Shown in pieces: positions 36,258 to 46,176 of a stretch of DNA of 64,000 nucleotides. The position numbers and the translations under genes are program-made. Source of the DNA: an uncultured Hyphomonadaceae bacterium. GTDB lineage: Bacteria; Pseudomonadota; Alphaproteobacteria; Caulobacterales; Hyphomonadaceae. Where the stretch lies: assembly GCA_964342355.1 (NCBI GenBank), contig CAYFFG010000004.1, positions 154,975 to 218,974 of the forward strand, read 5' to 3'. The notes beneath the pieces are model-generated. The model was not told the origin of the DNA. It made no database searches and worked only from the letters and a program-made list of their open reading frames with translations. Within the stretch, counting starts at the first letter, position 1, and each line of letters opens with the position of its first letter.

Positions 36258-37115
36258 ATGAGCAAGCTGTCCATTTCGCCCCTGCCGGATGTCATTATCG
36301 AGCCGCTTGTTCGCTTAGCGCTACAAGAAGATTTAGGCCGCGCTGGCGACATCACGACTGACGCGACAATCGCGCCAGACACCAAGATGACAGCGCTCGT
36401 CAATGCGCGCGAACCTGGCGTGGCGGCTGGCTATGACGCCGCAAAACTCGCTTGCAAGCTTGTCGACCCGAATATCGTCTGGACCGAACTTCATCCTGAA
36501 GGCGCGCCATTCAAAAAAGGCGCTGAACTTATTCGGCTGGAAGGTCTTGCACGCTCTATCCTCACAGCTGAGCGCATGGTGCTCAACTTTATTGGCCCAT
36601 TGTCCGGCGTGGCCACGCTCACGCGTCGATTTGTCGACGAAGTAGAGGGAACAAACGCACGCATCGTCTGCACACGCAAAACCACACCCGGTTTTCGGGC
36701 GCTGGAAAAGCGCGCTGTGCGCCTTGGTGGCGGGGTTAATCACCGGTTTGGGCTGGATGATGCGATCCTTATCAAAGACAATCACATTGCAGCAGCTGGC
36801 GGCATCGCAGCAGTCATGGAGCGCGCAAAAGCTGCTGTTTCTCACCTGTGCGCTATCGAAATCGAAGTCGACACGCTCGACCAGCTCAAAGAAGTTATCC
36901 CCTATCTTCCTGATGCGGTTTTACTGGACAACATGTCACCAGACACACTGCGCGAAGCGGTGAGCATGATTAACGGTCGCATCAAGTCTGAAGCTTCTGG
37001 CGGTGTGAACCTGTCCACCGTCAAGGCGATCGCCGAAACTGGCGTGGACTTTATCTCCGTTGGCGCACTCACCCATTCAGCGGTCAATCTGGATGTCGGA
37101 CTGGACTACGCCTAA
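36258..37115 (+). CDS. nadC: Nicotinate-nucleotide pyrophosphorylase (carboxylating)
   Basis: EDLGRAGDIT, TRKTTPG, NHRFGL, LIKDNH, EIEVD, LLDNM, EASGG, ISVGALTHS. Confidence 0.96.
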   Translation: MSKLSISPLPDVIIEPLVRLALQEDLGRAGDITTDATIAPDTKMTALVNAREPGVAAGYDAAKLACKLVDPNIVWTELHPEGAPFKKGAELIRLEGLARSILTAERMVLNFIGPLSGVATLTRRFVDEVEGTNARIVCTRKTTPGFRALEKRAVRLGGGVNHRFGLDDAILIKDNHIAAAGGIAAVMERAKAAVSHLCAIEIEVDTLDQLKEVIPYLPDAVLLDNMSPDTLREAVSMINGRIKSEASGGVNLSTVKAIAETGVDFISVGALTHSAVNLDVGLDYA

Positions 37116-37135
37116 CACTCAGGATCACCGCGCAA

Positions 37136-37168
37136 CAAAAACGGGCTCCTGTTAAAACACGGAGCCCG
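37136..37168 (-). terminator. Intrinsic terminator between nadC and sleB
   Basis: CGGGCTCC...GGAGCCCG with an A-run on the left (U-tract on the minus strand). Confidence 0.7.
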
Positions 37169-37197
37169 CTGAAACTTTGTTGAAGTTGTGTGTCGCT

Positions 37198-38157
37198 TTA
37201 AACGTCTTTGTCTTCCACAGACGACACACTGTCTGTGTCTGTCAAAGAGACGTTTTGAAAGCCTCTGATGCTGGCCTGCATCTTTTGAGCTTTCGCCTGA
37301 CGCACAGTGGTCCACTCGCGCCCTTGAGGGAAGCGATAGAAAATGTGCGTACCAATCGTTGTGGTGTGGATCAGGCCCGAGCGCCAGTAAGGCGACACGT
37401 AATTTGTGTGATAGTGGGTAGCGCCTTCTGTCAGCGGCTTTTCGCTAAGGCCCATCATGACATAGCCCGCCACTTCAACCGCACGCGCCCAGGCGTCGCC
37501 ACGCGGCTTTCTGCTCATGGACCCGTCACACGTAAAGGAGAACTGACACCCAGTTACTCGGTGCGCGCCTTCATACACCACATCACAGATACTGTCCGGA
37601 TAATGTTCGGACTCAACGCGGTTTTGAATAACCTCAGCCACAGCCAGCTGTCCTGTCAGGTCTTCGCTACGCGCTTCGTAATAGATCGCTTCAGACAGAC
37701 AATAGTGCTGAACACGCATCGTCTCAGCGTCTTGCACGGTCTGGCGCGGCGAAAGATTCGAAAGGATATCTATAAAGGAAGACTCTTCATCGTCAGACGG
37801 CGAATACGTCAAGCTTGCCAGCATTGTGTCCGGCGCAGCTGTCGCCGACACCTGTTCGCGCCAAGGCTTGGTAATGTCCAACGCAGCAACACCGATCTGC
37901 CCGTCCTGAGACTCGCTGATCAACGTGGCAAGTTGAGTGGCCTGAGCCAGAAAAGCTTCTTCGTCTTTTTGCACACTTGCGTGGTCCGCAACCAGCGGCG
38001 CACCGTAAGCGGCGGCGGCAGCGGCGCATGCAATTCCTACCGCGCGCTGCTGCATTAAACGTTTTTCTTCTGCCGACATCTTAATCAATCCGACAACGAC
38101 GTTTACAAAAAACGCCAGACAGGTCGAAACGATACGCAATGTCGCTTTCGAAAACAT
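37198..38157 (-). CDS. sleB: Cell wall hydrolase, SleB family
   Basis: CLSEAIYYEARSE, AVAEVIQNRV, CQFSFTCDG, GATHYHTNYVSPYW, IGTHIFY; start position uncertain. Confidence 0.9.
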   Translation of the reverse strand: MFSKATLRIVSTCLAFFVNVVVGLIKMSAEEKRLMQQRAVGIACAAAAAAYGAPLVADHASVQKDEEAFLAQATQLATLISESQDGQIGVAALDITKPWREQVSATAAPDTMLASLTYSPSDDEESSFIDILSNLSPRQTVQDAETMRVQHYCLSEAIYYEARSEDLTGQLAVAEVIQNRVESEHYPDSICDVVYEGAHRVTGCQFSFTCDGSMSRKPRGDAWARAVEVAGYVMMGLSEKPLTEGATHYHTNYVSPYWRSGLIHTTTIGTHIFYRFPQGREWTTVRQAKAQKMQASIRGFQNVSLTDTDSVSSVEDKDV

Positions 38158-38253
38158 TAACAACAAAGAACCCCAGCCTCAGCCTGATAACACTTAAATC
38201 GCCGTTACAGGCTTCGATCACTCCCCTAGAAGAACGACCAGCGCGCGACGAAT

Positions 38254-38268
38254 TTAATTGTTTGTTAA
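38254..38268. promoter_or_regulatory. CtrA box upstream of sleB
   Basis: TTAA TTGTTTG TTAA. Confidence 0.65.
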
Positions 38269-38529
38269 TCGCGCTTCTGGGCTGAAATAGGGTCAAAACA
38301 TGAGCGAAGGCAAGGTTTTGACCACATTAATTAAAGGAAAGCGTTAAATAAGACACACCGAATACCGTCCCCAAATACGCGAATCCCACTCGTCCGAACA
38401 AAGAGTTTTTCAACCGCTTCAATAGGACAAACATTTAATTTTTCAGCAATAAAGTATTAACGATGATTGATGGCAAACGCGAAATAATGCGCTTAATTTG
38501 GCATCTCAATCGGTGCGAAATTGCGGCAT

Positions 38530-38562
38530 AAAAAAAGAGCTGGAAATATTAATTTCCAGCTC
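38530..38562 (-). terminator. ppdK terminator
   Basis: GAGCTGGAAAT-ATTA-ATTTCCAGCTC with a 7-U tract on the minus strand. Confidence 0.85.
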
Positions 38563-38588
38563 CTAATTCGCTAATTTCGCACGACGCT

Positions 38589-41276
38589 CTATTTTGATTT
38601 GAGCGCGGCATGTGCAGCCGCCAAGCGTGCGACCGGCACACGGTAAGGCGAACAGGATACATAATTCAGGCCCAATGAGTGGCAGAATGCGATGGATGCC
38701 GGGTCACCGCCATGCTCGCCACAGATCCCCAGCTTAAGGCCAGGTTTCGCGCTACGGCCACGCTCAGCGCCGATCTTCACCAGCTCACCGACACCGTCGA
38801 TGTCGAGTGTCACGAATGGGTCTTTCTCGTAAATGCCCTGCAATTCGTATTCGCCAAGGAAGCGCGCAGCATCGTCACGGCTGATGCCCAGCGCTGTCTG
38901 CGTCAGGTCGTTTGTGCCAAAGGAGAAGAACTCAGCTTCTTCTGCGATATCCGCCGCACGGATGGCCGCACGTGGCAGCTCGATCATTGTTCCAACCAAA
39001 TAGTCGATCTTCGTGCCCTGCTCTGAGAAAACAGCTTCTGCAATGTTCACAATGCGCTGACGCATCAAAGACAGCTCTTTGCGGGTCGCAACCAGCGGCA
39101 CCATGACTTCAGGCACAGGGTTCACGCCAGTTTCTTTCGCCACAGCTACTGCCGCCTCAAAGATTGCGCGCGCCTGCATTTCGTAGATTTCCGGGTAAGT
39201 CACACCCAAACGACAGCCACGGTGGCCCAACATTGGGTTACTTTCGTGAAGTTCGCCAGCGCGGGCTTTGAGCGTTTCCACGTCAACTCCAGCCCCTTCC
39301 GCCACTTCCTGCATCTCTTCTTCAGAGTGTGGCAGGAATTCATGAAGCGGCGGGTCAAGCAAACGAATGTTGCATGGACGGTCGCCCATCAGACGGAAGA
39401 TTTCTTCAAAGTCTGAACGCTGCATTGGCAACAGCTTGTCCAGCGCCTGTTGGCGGCCCTTTTTATCAGAAGACAGGATCATCGCACGCACAACCGGGAT
39501 ACGGTCAGCATCAAAGAACATGTGCTCTGTCCGGCAAAGGCCAATACCTTCGGCGCCAAAGTTACGCGCTGTTTCAACGTCTTTTGGTGTTTCGGCATTT
39601 GTACGCACAGACAGTGTGCGGGCATTATCCGCCCAGTCCATGATATCAGCAAAATCACCGGAAAGGTCCGGCTCGATCATTTTGACTTCGCCTTTAAAGA
39701 CTTCGCCTGTCGCGCCATCCACGGTGACAATGTCGCCGCGCTTCAGTGTGTTGCCAGCAACAGAGACTTCGCCCAGTTCGCCGTTGATACGCAAAGAGCC
39801 CGCACCACACACACAAGGACGACCCATGCCGCGCGCCACAACAGCAGCATGGCTTGTCATGCCGCCGCGCGCCGTCACAATCGCTTTAGCTGCGTGCATG
39901 CCGTGAATGTCTTCTGGGCTTGTTTCTACCCGCACCAGAATAACAGCTTCGCCTTTAGCGGCTTCATCAGCTGCTTCGTCAGAATCAAAGACAATCTTAC
40001 CGATCGCAGCGCCAGGGCTGGCTGGCAGGCCTTTGACAAAGACGCGGCCTTCGCTGGTTGCAACCTTCTTGGCGGCCTGGTCGATCGTCGGGTGCAGCAA
40101 CTGGTCCAGTTGGGCCGGCTCAAGGCGCAGCACAGCTTCTTCTTCTGAGATCAGACCTTCTTTTTGCATGTCCACCGCAAGCTTCAGCGCTGCTGGCGCT
40201 GTACGCTTACCGTTACGGGTTTGCAGCATGTAAAGCGTGCCTTGCTCGACCGTAAACTCGATGTCCTGCATGTCGCGGTAGTGTTTTTCGAGTGTCTCAG
40301 AGACCTCGATCAGCTGCTTGTAGACCTCAGGCATCGCCGTTTCGAGCGGCGCATCATCAGACCCCATCTTTTCAGCGCGTGCTTTAGAGATCGGAGCCGG
40401 CGTGCGAATGCCCGCCACTACGTCTTCACCTTGTGCGTTGATCAGGTATTCGCCATAGAACAGATTTTCACCAGTCCCCGGGTCACGGGTAAAGGCCACA
40501 CCGGTTGCAGATGTGTCACCCATATTACCAAACACCATGGACTGAACGTTCACAGCCGTTCCCCAGGATGCTGGGATGTCATTGTGCTTGCGATAGAAAA
40601 TCGCGCGGTCATTCATCCAGGACCCGAAGACAGCGCCAATCGCGCCCCATAGCTGGGCTTTCGGGTCTTCCGGGAATTCTTCGCCGCTATTGTGCTTTTT
40701 CACAGCGTCTTTGTATTTGACGATGACTTGCTGCCAGTCGTCAGCGGACAATTCCGTGTCCAGCGTGAAATCGTTGAAGTCTTTGAACTCGTCCAGGATT
40801 TCTTCAAAATGGTGATGGTCGATGCCCAAAACCACGTTAGAATACATCTGGATGAAACGGCGATAGCTATCAAAAGCAAAACGACGGTCGCCAGACAGCT
40901 TTGCAAGACCTTCAGCTGTTTCAGCGTTCAAGCCAAGGTTCAAAACCGTGTCCATCATGCCCGGCATGGACGCACGCGCCCCTGAGCGCACAGACACCAG
41001 AAGCGGGTTTTCAGACGAACCAAATTTCTTTCCGGCTTTTTCTTCCAGAGCCGCAAGAGATGTTTCCACCTGAGCCGTCAGATCGTCAGGGTATTTGCGG
41101 CCAAGGTCATAAAAGGCCGTACAAACTTCGGTCGTGATCGTAAAACCGGGAGGAACCGGCAAACCCAGACTGGCCATTTCAGCCAGGTTAGCGCCTTTGC
41201 CGCCCAAAAGGTTCTTCATGCTGGCGTCGCCGTCTGACGAACCGCCCCCGAAGTCATAAACCCATTTTGTGCTCAT
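38589..41276 (-). CDS. ppdK: Pyruvate, phosphate dikinase
   Basis: GGKGANLAEM, LVSVRSGA, GGMTSHAAVVARG, GLCRTEHM, LLDPPLHEFL, GTMIELPRA, GTNDLTQ, GICGEHGG. Confidence 0.98.
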   Translation of the reverse strand: MSTKWVYDFGGGSSDGDASMKNLLGGKGANLAEMASLGLPVPPGFTITTEVCTAFYDLGRKYPDDLTAQVETSLAALEEKAGKKFGSSENPLLVSVRSGARASMPGMMDTVLNLGLNAETAEGLAKLSGDRRFAFDSYRRFIQMYSNVVLGIDHHHFEEILDEFKDFNDFTLDTELSADDWQQVIVKYKDAVKKHNSGEEFPEDPKAQLWGAIGAVFGSWMNDRAIFYRKHNDIPASWGTAVNVQSMVFGNMGDTSATGVAFTRDPGTGENLFYGEYLINAQGEDVVAGIRTPAPISKARAEKMGSDDAPLETAMPEVYKQLIEVSETLEKHYRDMQDIEFTVEQGTLYMLQTRNGKRTAPAALKLAVDMQKEGLISEEEAVLRLEPAQLDQLLHPTIDQAAKKVATSEGRVFVKGLPASPGAAIGKIVFDSDEAADEAAKGEAVILVRVETSPEDIHGMHAAKAIVTARGGMTSHAAVVARGMGRPCVCGAGSLRINGELGEVSVAGNTLKRGDIVTVDGATGEVFKGEVKMIEPDLSGDFADIMDWADNARTLSVRTNAETPKDVETARNFGAEGIGLCRTEHMFFDADRIPVVRAMILSSDKKGRQQALDKLLPMQRSDFEEIFRLMGDRPCNIRLLDPPLHEFLPHSEEEMQEVAEGAGVDVETLKARAGELHESNPMLGHRGCRLGVTYPEIYEMQARAIFEAAVAVAKETGVNPVPEVMVPLVATRKELSLMRQRIVNIAEAVFSEQGTKIDYLVGTMIELPRAAIRAADIAEEAEFFSFGTNDLTQTALGISRDDAARFLGEYELQGIYEKDPFVTLDIDGVGELVKIGAERGRSAKPGLKLGICGEHGGDPASIAFCHSLGLNYVSCSPYRVPVARLAAAHAALKSK

Positions 41277-41314
41277 ATGTCCCTCGACCCTGTTTAGAGG
41301 TTTGTATCTTCTAT

Positions 41315-43543
41315 CTAGCCTTCGATTTTCGAAAAGTCTGCTACGCGGCCCATCACATCGCGGATCTGCGCGAGCAGATTTAAACGATTTACGCGTGTGT
41401 TTGCGTCGTCGGCATTGACCATGACATCGTCAAAGAATGTGTCCACTGGCGCGCGGAGCTGGCTAAGCGCTGTCATGGCTTTTTCGAAATCCTCTTGATC
41501 TAACGCGGCAACCGCATCTTTTGTTACCTGTTGCAGACCAGCGTGCAAATTGCGTTCCGCATCGTCAACCAGCAGGTCAGATTTCACGTCGCCTGCATAG
41601 CTGGTTTTGTCTTTCTTCTCTTCGATGGAAAGAATGTTCACCGCGCGCTTGTACCCCGCGAGCAGGTTCGCGCCGTCTTCCGTCGCCAGGAACTGCGTCA
41701 ACGCCTCCACGCGTTTTACAATCAGCACAAGGTCATCCTCACCTAACTCGAACACAGCGTCGATAAGGTCATGCCGCTTGCCCTGGTCGCGAAGGTAGAC
41801 TTTCAGGCGGTCGGCGAAGAATGAGAGGAGGTCGGTGGTATGAAAAAACTTGTGCGCCGAACCAGAGCCAAACTGGAATCCTGCCTTGTTCCAAATCCGC
41901 TGAGCCTTTGCTCGGCGATCTTTGAGATAAGCAGTTGAGGCAATCAAATCCCCATTTGCATTGATGAAATTTGCGACCCTTTCATCACTCATCGCAGAAG
42001 AACTGGGGGGCCATGACATTGGCAAAACCTCGAGCGCCCAATGCTCTTCAGCGATATGATTCATTCCCAACCGCACCCCATTTTCCAACACAAGCCGGAT
42101 CACGCCGAGCGCGGCGCGGCGCAGCGCATAAGGGTCTTTCGAGCCCGTGGGCTTTTCATCAATCGCCCAAAAGCCCACCAGTGTGTCTAACTTGTCCGCC
42201 AGCGCCACAGCCACAGCGGTCGGTTCAGTTGGCACCTCATCCGACGGCCCTTTGGGCTTGTAGTGGTCGCGGATCGCGTCTGCGATGTTGGCCGGGCGCT
42301 TTTCTTCCAGCGCATAATAGCGCCCCATCACGCCTTCCAGCTCTGTGAATTCAAACACCATCTCAGAGACAAGATCACATTTGGAAAGTTTCGCCGCCAG
42401 CTTTGCGTCATCAACTTGCGCGCCCACGGTTTCCGCCAGTCCGCCTGCCAGCGCAATCACGCGCTGAGCTTTATCTTTCACAGTGCCCAGCTTTTCGTGG
42501 AAAGTGATCGCGCCCAACTTGTCAAAATTGTCTTCCAGCGGGCGCGCTTTGTCATTTTCCCAGAAGAAAACTGCATCCGACAAACGCGCGGACAAAACCT
42601 TGGAGTTACCCGCCGCAATCGCTTGTCCGCCATCTTGAGCCTTCAAGTTCGCTACGACGACGAATTTTGGCGCCAGTTTCCCGGTCTTGGGATCGCGCAC
42701 AGCGAAGTACTTTTGGTGCACACGCATTGAAAGGCGGATCACCTCTGGCGGCAGCGATAGGAATTTAGGGTCCATATCGCCCATGATGACGACTGGATAT
42801 TCTGCAAGGCCGGTGACTTCCTCTAAAAGGCCAATATCCTCTACCAGCTCCAACCCTTGAGCTTCACATAAGGTCTTTGCGTCCTGTGCGATGATTTCCT
42901 TGCGCTCTTCTCGGTCAAGAACAACAAAACCCTTGTTTTTCAAGACATCGGAATAATCATCCCAGCGACGCACTTTAAACGGGCCAGACCCCATGACACG
43001 GTGCCCCTGTGTCACGTCATCGGCTTTAATGCCATCAATTTCAAGATCAACAACTTCGCCGTCAAACGTGCACAAAATCCGCTGCAATGGGCGCACCCAG
43101 CGCAGATCGCCTTCTCCCCAACGCATGGATTTTGGCCAGTGGAAATTGCGGATAATGTCCGGCAGGATTTCAGCCACGACATCGGTTGTTTTACGGCCTT
43201 CTTTTTCGATGATGGCGACGTAAAACTGACCTTTTTTATCTTCCCGAACTTCAGCTTCTTCGATTGAGGAAAGGCCCGCGCCGCGCATAAAGCCTTCAAT
43301 GGCTTTGTCCGGCGCGCCAACTTTGGGGCCTTTTCGCTCTTCGCGCACGTCAGCTGATTTTTCAGGCAAACCTTCAACGACGACTGTCAGACGCCGCGGA
43401 CCAGAAAACGCCTTCAGTCCCTCAGGCAACAATCCGGCTTCGGTTAGCTTGTCCATCAGCGCTTTTTCCAGATCAGCTTGCGCCTTGACCTGCATGCGAG
43501 CGGGAATTTCCTCGGTCAGAAGTTCAATGAGGAGTTGGGGCAT
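41315..43543 (-). CDS. glyS: Glycine--tRNA ligase beta subunit
   Basis: LLIELLTEEIPAR, FHWPKSMRWG, RWVRPL, EFTELEGVMG, TGSKDPYALRRAALG, VDTFFD, NRLNLL. Confidence 0.97.
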   Translation of the reverse strand: MPQLLIELLTEEIPARMQVKAQADLEKALMDKLTEAGLLPEGLKAFSGPRRLTVVVEGLPEKSADVREERKGPKVGAPDKAIEGFMRGAGLSSIEEAEVREDKKGQFYVAIIEKEGRKTTDVVAEILPDIIRNFHWPKSMRWGEGDLRWVRPLQRILCTFDGEVVDLEIDGIKADDVTQGHRVMGSGPFKVRRWDDYSDVLKNKGFVVLDREERKEIIAQDAKTLCEAQGLELVEDIGLLEEVTGLAEYPVVIMGDMDPKFLSLPPEVIRLSMRVHQKYFAVRDPKTGKLAPKFVVVANLKAQDGGQAIAAGNSKVLSARLSDAVFFWENDKARPLEDNFDKLGAITFHEKLGTVKDKAQRVIALAGGLAETVGAQVDDAKLAAKLSKCDLVSEMVFEFTELEGVMGRYYALEEKRPANIADAIRDHYKPKGPSDEVPTEPTAVAVALADKLDTLVGFWAIDEKPTGSKDPYALRRAALGVIRLVLENGVRLGMNHIAEEHWALEVLPMSWPPSSSAMSDERVANFINANGDLIASTAYLKDRRAKAQRIWNKAGFQFGSGSAHKFFHTTDLLSFFADRLKVYLRDQGKRHDLIDAVFELGEDDLVLIVKRVEALTQFLATEDGANLLAGYKRAVNILSIEEKKDKTSYAGDVKSDLLVDDAERNLHAGLQQVTKDAVAALDQEDFEKAMTALSQLRAPVDTFFDDVMVNADDANTRVNRLNLLAQIRDVMGRVADFSKIEG

Positions 43544-43591
43544 GAATAGTATTGCCTGTTGCGTTCTGTGTTCTTGGTGCGGCGATGAAAG

Positions 43592-44080
43592 TTAGCGGCT
43601 GACGCTGACTGACACCGTGCGAATGTTGAAAGTAGTTTCTGGTTGGTCCTTACGCCCAGTCTCTTCGGTGATCAGCGCGTCAAGGTCGGCTCCGATGTCA
43701 GCGCGAAACCCAAGTTCCACGCCAGGTCCAGTGCGAACTGTTTCGATAAGGCCCTGCATCGCGGATGGCGGCACGTTCACATATGCCAACAGAAAAGGTT
43801 GAACGTCCAATTCCTTTGGGAAGGTAAAAACACCCACCGGGCCGTCTGATTTTTCAATCGGTTGAAACTCAACGCGCCCGGAACAGATACGCTGGGGATT
43901 TAGCGCGCCCGGCACTTTGCGCTGAAAGATCTCACCAAATAGCGACAAGCACATACGCGCGCCTTCGCCAAATGCGAGCGCTTCTGTCACCTGGAGCGAG
44001 CGGAAGGTAAAAACGCTTGGGTTAACGCCTGCTTTCTGATCAGCAGTTTCAGGCAGCAGCATGGGCATTTTGTCAGACAT
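43592..44080 (-). CDS. Hypothetical protein between glyQ and glyS
   Basis: 162-aa ORF, co-oriented, 14-bp gap to glyQ, AGAAGGG RBS. Confidence 0.7.
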   Translation of the reverse strand: MSDKMPMLLPETADQKAGVNPSVFTFRSLQVTEALAFGEGARMCLSLFGEIFQRKVPGALNPQRICSGRVEFQPIEKSDGPVGVFTFPKELDVQPFLLAYVNVPPSAMQGLIETVRTGPGVELGFRADIGADLDALITEETGRKDQPETTFNIRTVSVSVSR

Positions 44081-44094
44081 AAAACAACCCTTCT

Positions 44095-45021
44095 CTATGC
44101 GTCTTCTTTTTGGCTTTCAGCCCAGGCTTGCGCCGCGCCTTTAGCCATGTCGCGGACGCGGCCGATAAAACTTTGACGCTCAGTCGGCGAAATCACGCCG
44201 CGCGCATCCAGAAGGTTGAACAGATGAGACGCCTTCAGCGCTTGCTCATAGGCTGGCAACGGCAGTGGCTTTTCTAGCCCCAGCAAGTGCTTGGATTGTT
44301 TTTCGCAGTCTTTAAACCAACCCAACATCGCTTCTGTGTCAGCGTGTTCAAAGTTAAACGCAGATTGCTGGCGCTCATTTTCCAGAAACACGTCACCATA
44401 GCTCAGCGGTGTTGGGCTATCAGGGTCATTGTATGGCAGATCATATACGTTATCGACGCTGAATACGTACATTGCGAGCCGCTCAAGACCATAAGTCAGT
44501 TCACCAGAGACCGGACGCACATCTAGCCCGCCAACTTGTTGGAAATAAGTGAACTGTGACACTTCCATACCGTCACACCACACTTCCCAGCCAAGGCCCC
44601 AGGCCCCCACTGTCGGGTTCTCCCAGTCATCTTCAACAAAGCGGATATCGTGCACTGTGGGATCCAGACCGATTGCGTTGAGGCTCTCCAGGTACCAGTC
44701 CTGAATTTCAGGCGGATTGGGCTTTAAGATCACCTGGAACTGGTAATAGTGCTGCAGTCGATTGGGGTTCTCGCCATAGCGTCCATCAGTTGGACGCCTG
44801 GATGGCTGAATATACGCCACATTCCACGGTTTCGGCCCCAGCGCACGCAAGGTTGTCGCCGGGTGCAAAGTCCCCGCGCCAACTTCCATATCGTAAGGCT
44901 GCAGAATTGCGCACCCTTTTGACGCCCAGAAAGTCTGGAGCCTCAGGATAAGCTCCTGAAACGAACGTGGTTTGCCAACAAAATTTGCTGACGCTTCATT
45001 ATGTGACTGCGAACCGGACAT
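44095..45021 (-). CDS. glyQ: Glycine--tRNA ligase alpha subunit
   Basis: [51 protein letters not shown]. Confidence 0.98.
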   Translation of the reverse strand: MSGSQSHNEASANFVGKPRSFQELILRLQTFWASKGCAILQPYDMEVGAGTLHPATTLRALGPKPWNVAYIQPSRRPTDGRYGENPNRLQHYYQFQVILKPNPPEIQDWYLESLNAIGLDPTVHDIRFVEDDWENPTVGAWGLGWEVWCDGMEVSQFTYFQQVGGLDVRPVSGELTYGLERLAMYVFSVDNVYDLPYNDPDSPTPLSYGDVFLENERQQSAFNFEHADTEAMLGWFKDCEKQSKHLLGLEKPLPLPAYEQALKASHLFNLLDARGVISPTERQSFIGRVRDMAKGAAQAWAESQKEDA

Positions 45022-45116
45022 TAAAAATTCCCATAAATCGCGCGGACGCTACTCGTCTCACGCGCTGCAATCAAGTCGCAAGATAGTGGCAAATGCGCCT
45101 ATCGGTAATGTTTGCG

Positions 45117-45671
45117 CTAAAGCGTCTTCATAAACAGTGCAAAAGCGGTGAGACCTTCCGGCCAGGGGCCCTGTCCGCTGGCTTCGTTTATGTGAGCCGC
45201 ATCACCTGCGTCAATGACAGTTGCCCCCCATGCAGCGGCAAATTCGCTTGCGCGCTCGAATGTACAAAACGGGTCAGTACGGCTAGCGACTAACTGCGTT
45301 GGAAATGGCATTTTCTGTCTCGGGATCGGCGCAAAGTCGTGGTCATCAAATCCGGGAATCAATCCTTCACGCTCCCAGTCAGAAGGCGTTACCAGAAAAG
45401 CGCCTTTAACTTTGCCAGTATCCATGCGCCCGATTGCATGTGCGATAGCGATTACACCAAGCGAATGACCGACCAACACGACCGGTCTCGTCGCGTTTTC
45501 GATTGCCAAAGCGATATCAGCCACCCAGTCGTCTTTTTTAGGCGAAATCACATCAGCATGGTCTATCATTTGCGCTGTCGTCATCTGCCGGGCCCAACGA
45601 CGTTGCCAGTGATTATCTGTGCGCTCGCCATAGCCTGGAGAAATCAGAATGTCTGCTTCGGCAATTTTCAC
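45117..45671 (-). CDS. RBBP9/YdeN-family alpha/beta hydrolase
   Basis: PGY..HWQ, VGHSLG nucleophile elbow, ASRTDPF, GDAAHIN..SG.GPW. GTG at 45671 follows GGAG (ORF track start 45713). Confidence 0.9.
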   Translation of the reverse strand: MKIAEADILISPGYGERTDNHWQRRWARQMTTAQMIDHADVISPKKDDWVADIALAIENATRPVVLVGHSLGVIAIAHAIGRMDTGKVKGAFLVTPSDWEREGLIPGFDDHDFAPIPRQKMPFPTQLVASRTDPFCTFERASEFAAAWGATVIDAGDAAHINEASGQGPWPEGLTAFALFMKTL

Positions 45672-45727
45672 AATGCGCTCCTGAACCAATTGATCCGGGC
45701 TGCATAGCTTCATCCGAAAGAAGAATC

Positions 45728-45766
45728 AAAAAAGCGCCGGAGGTGAAAACCTCACAGCGCTTTTTT
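45728..45766. terminator. Intrinsic terminator downstream of the 35-aa ORF
   Basis: AAAAAAGCGC..GAGGT-GAAA-ACCTC..GCGCTTTTTT. Confidence 0.8.
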
Positions 45767-45791
45767 GAACTCTACAAAACTTTTAAACGGT

Positions 45792-45899
45792 CTAGTCGTT
45801 TTTCTTGAGCAACGACGCAGGGTCGAAGCGATAAGCGAAATACACACCAGCGCTAAGTGCTGCCAGAATGTATATGAGCGTTTGTGTGCTTTGTTCCAT
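45792..45899 (-). CDS. Small membrane protein (35 aa), probably leaderless
   Basis: Hand translation MEQSTQTLIYILAALSAGVYFAYRFDPASLLKKND; CtrA box upstream, terminator downstream; not in ORF track. Confidence 0.65.
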   Translation of the reverse strand: MEQSTQTLIYILAALSAGVYFAYRFDPASLLKKND

Positions 45900-45922
45900 A
45901 ACAGTTAAATTGCTCTGTTTTT

Positions 45923-45938
45923 GTTAAATTGACCTTAA
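45923..45938 (-). promoter_or_regulatory. CtrA box (TTAA-N7-TTAAC)
   Basis: Minus strand TTAA GGTCAAT TTAAC at -39..-24 from the 35-aa ORF ATG. Confidence 0.7.
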
Positions 45939-46176
45939 CGCAACTCACGGGACCAACCCGTGTTTCTGTGCATAAAAATCTACTGAAAAAACAAGAATGA
46001 GCCGATAAACAGACTTTCTTGTTCACTTGAAAGACAGAAACAGAATATGCCGAACGTACCGCAATTTGCGATGAAATCATAATGTTTCATGCACGCAGCT
46101 TTGTAAGTTCGACAGAATCGATTGATCCGCCCACCAAGGATTGGGGCGCGGTGGGTAACCAGATTGAGTGATTGTG

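Noticed and set aside
37177-38058. 293-aa plus-strand ORF
   Set aside because: Antisense shadow of sleB with no recognisable motifs
39367-40652. Several plus-strand ORFs of 100-232 aa
   Set aside because: Antisense shadows of highly conserved ppdK
45893-45907. LexA-like GTTC-N7-GTTA at the 35-aa ORF start
   Set aside because: One mismatch in an AT-rich context; the perfect CtrA box explains the region better
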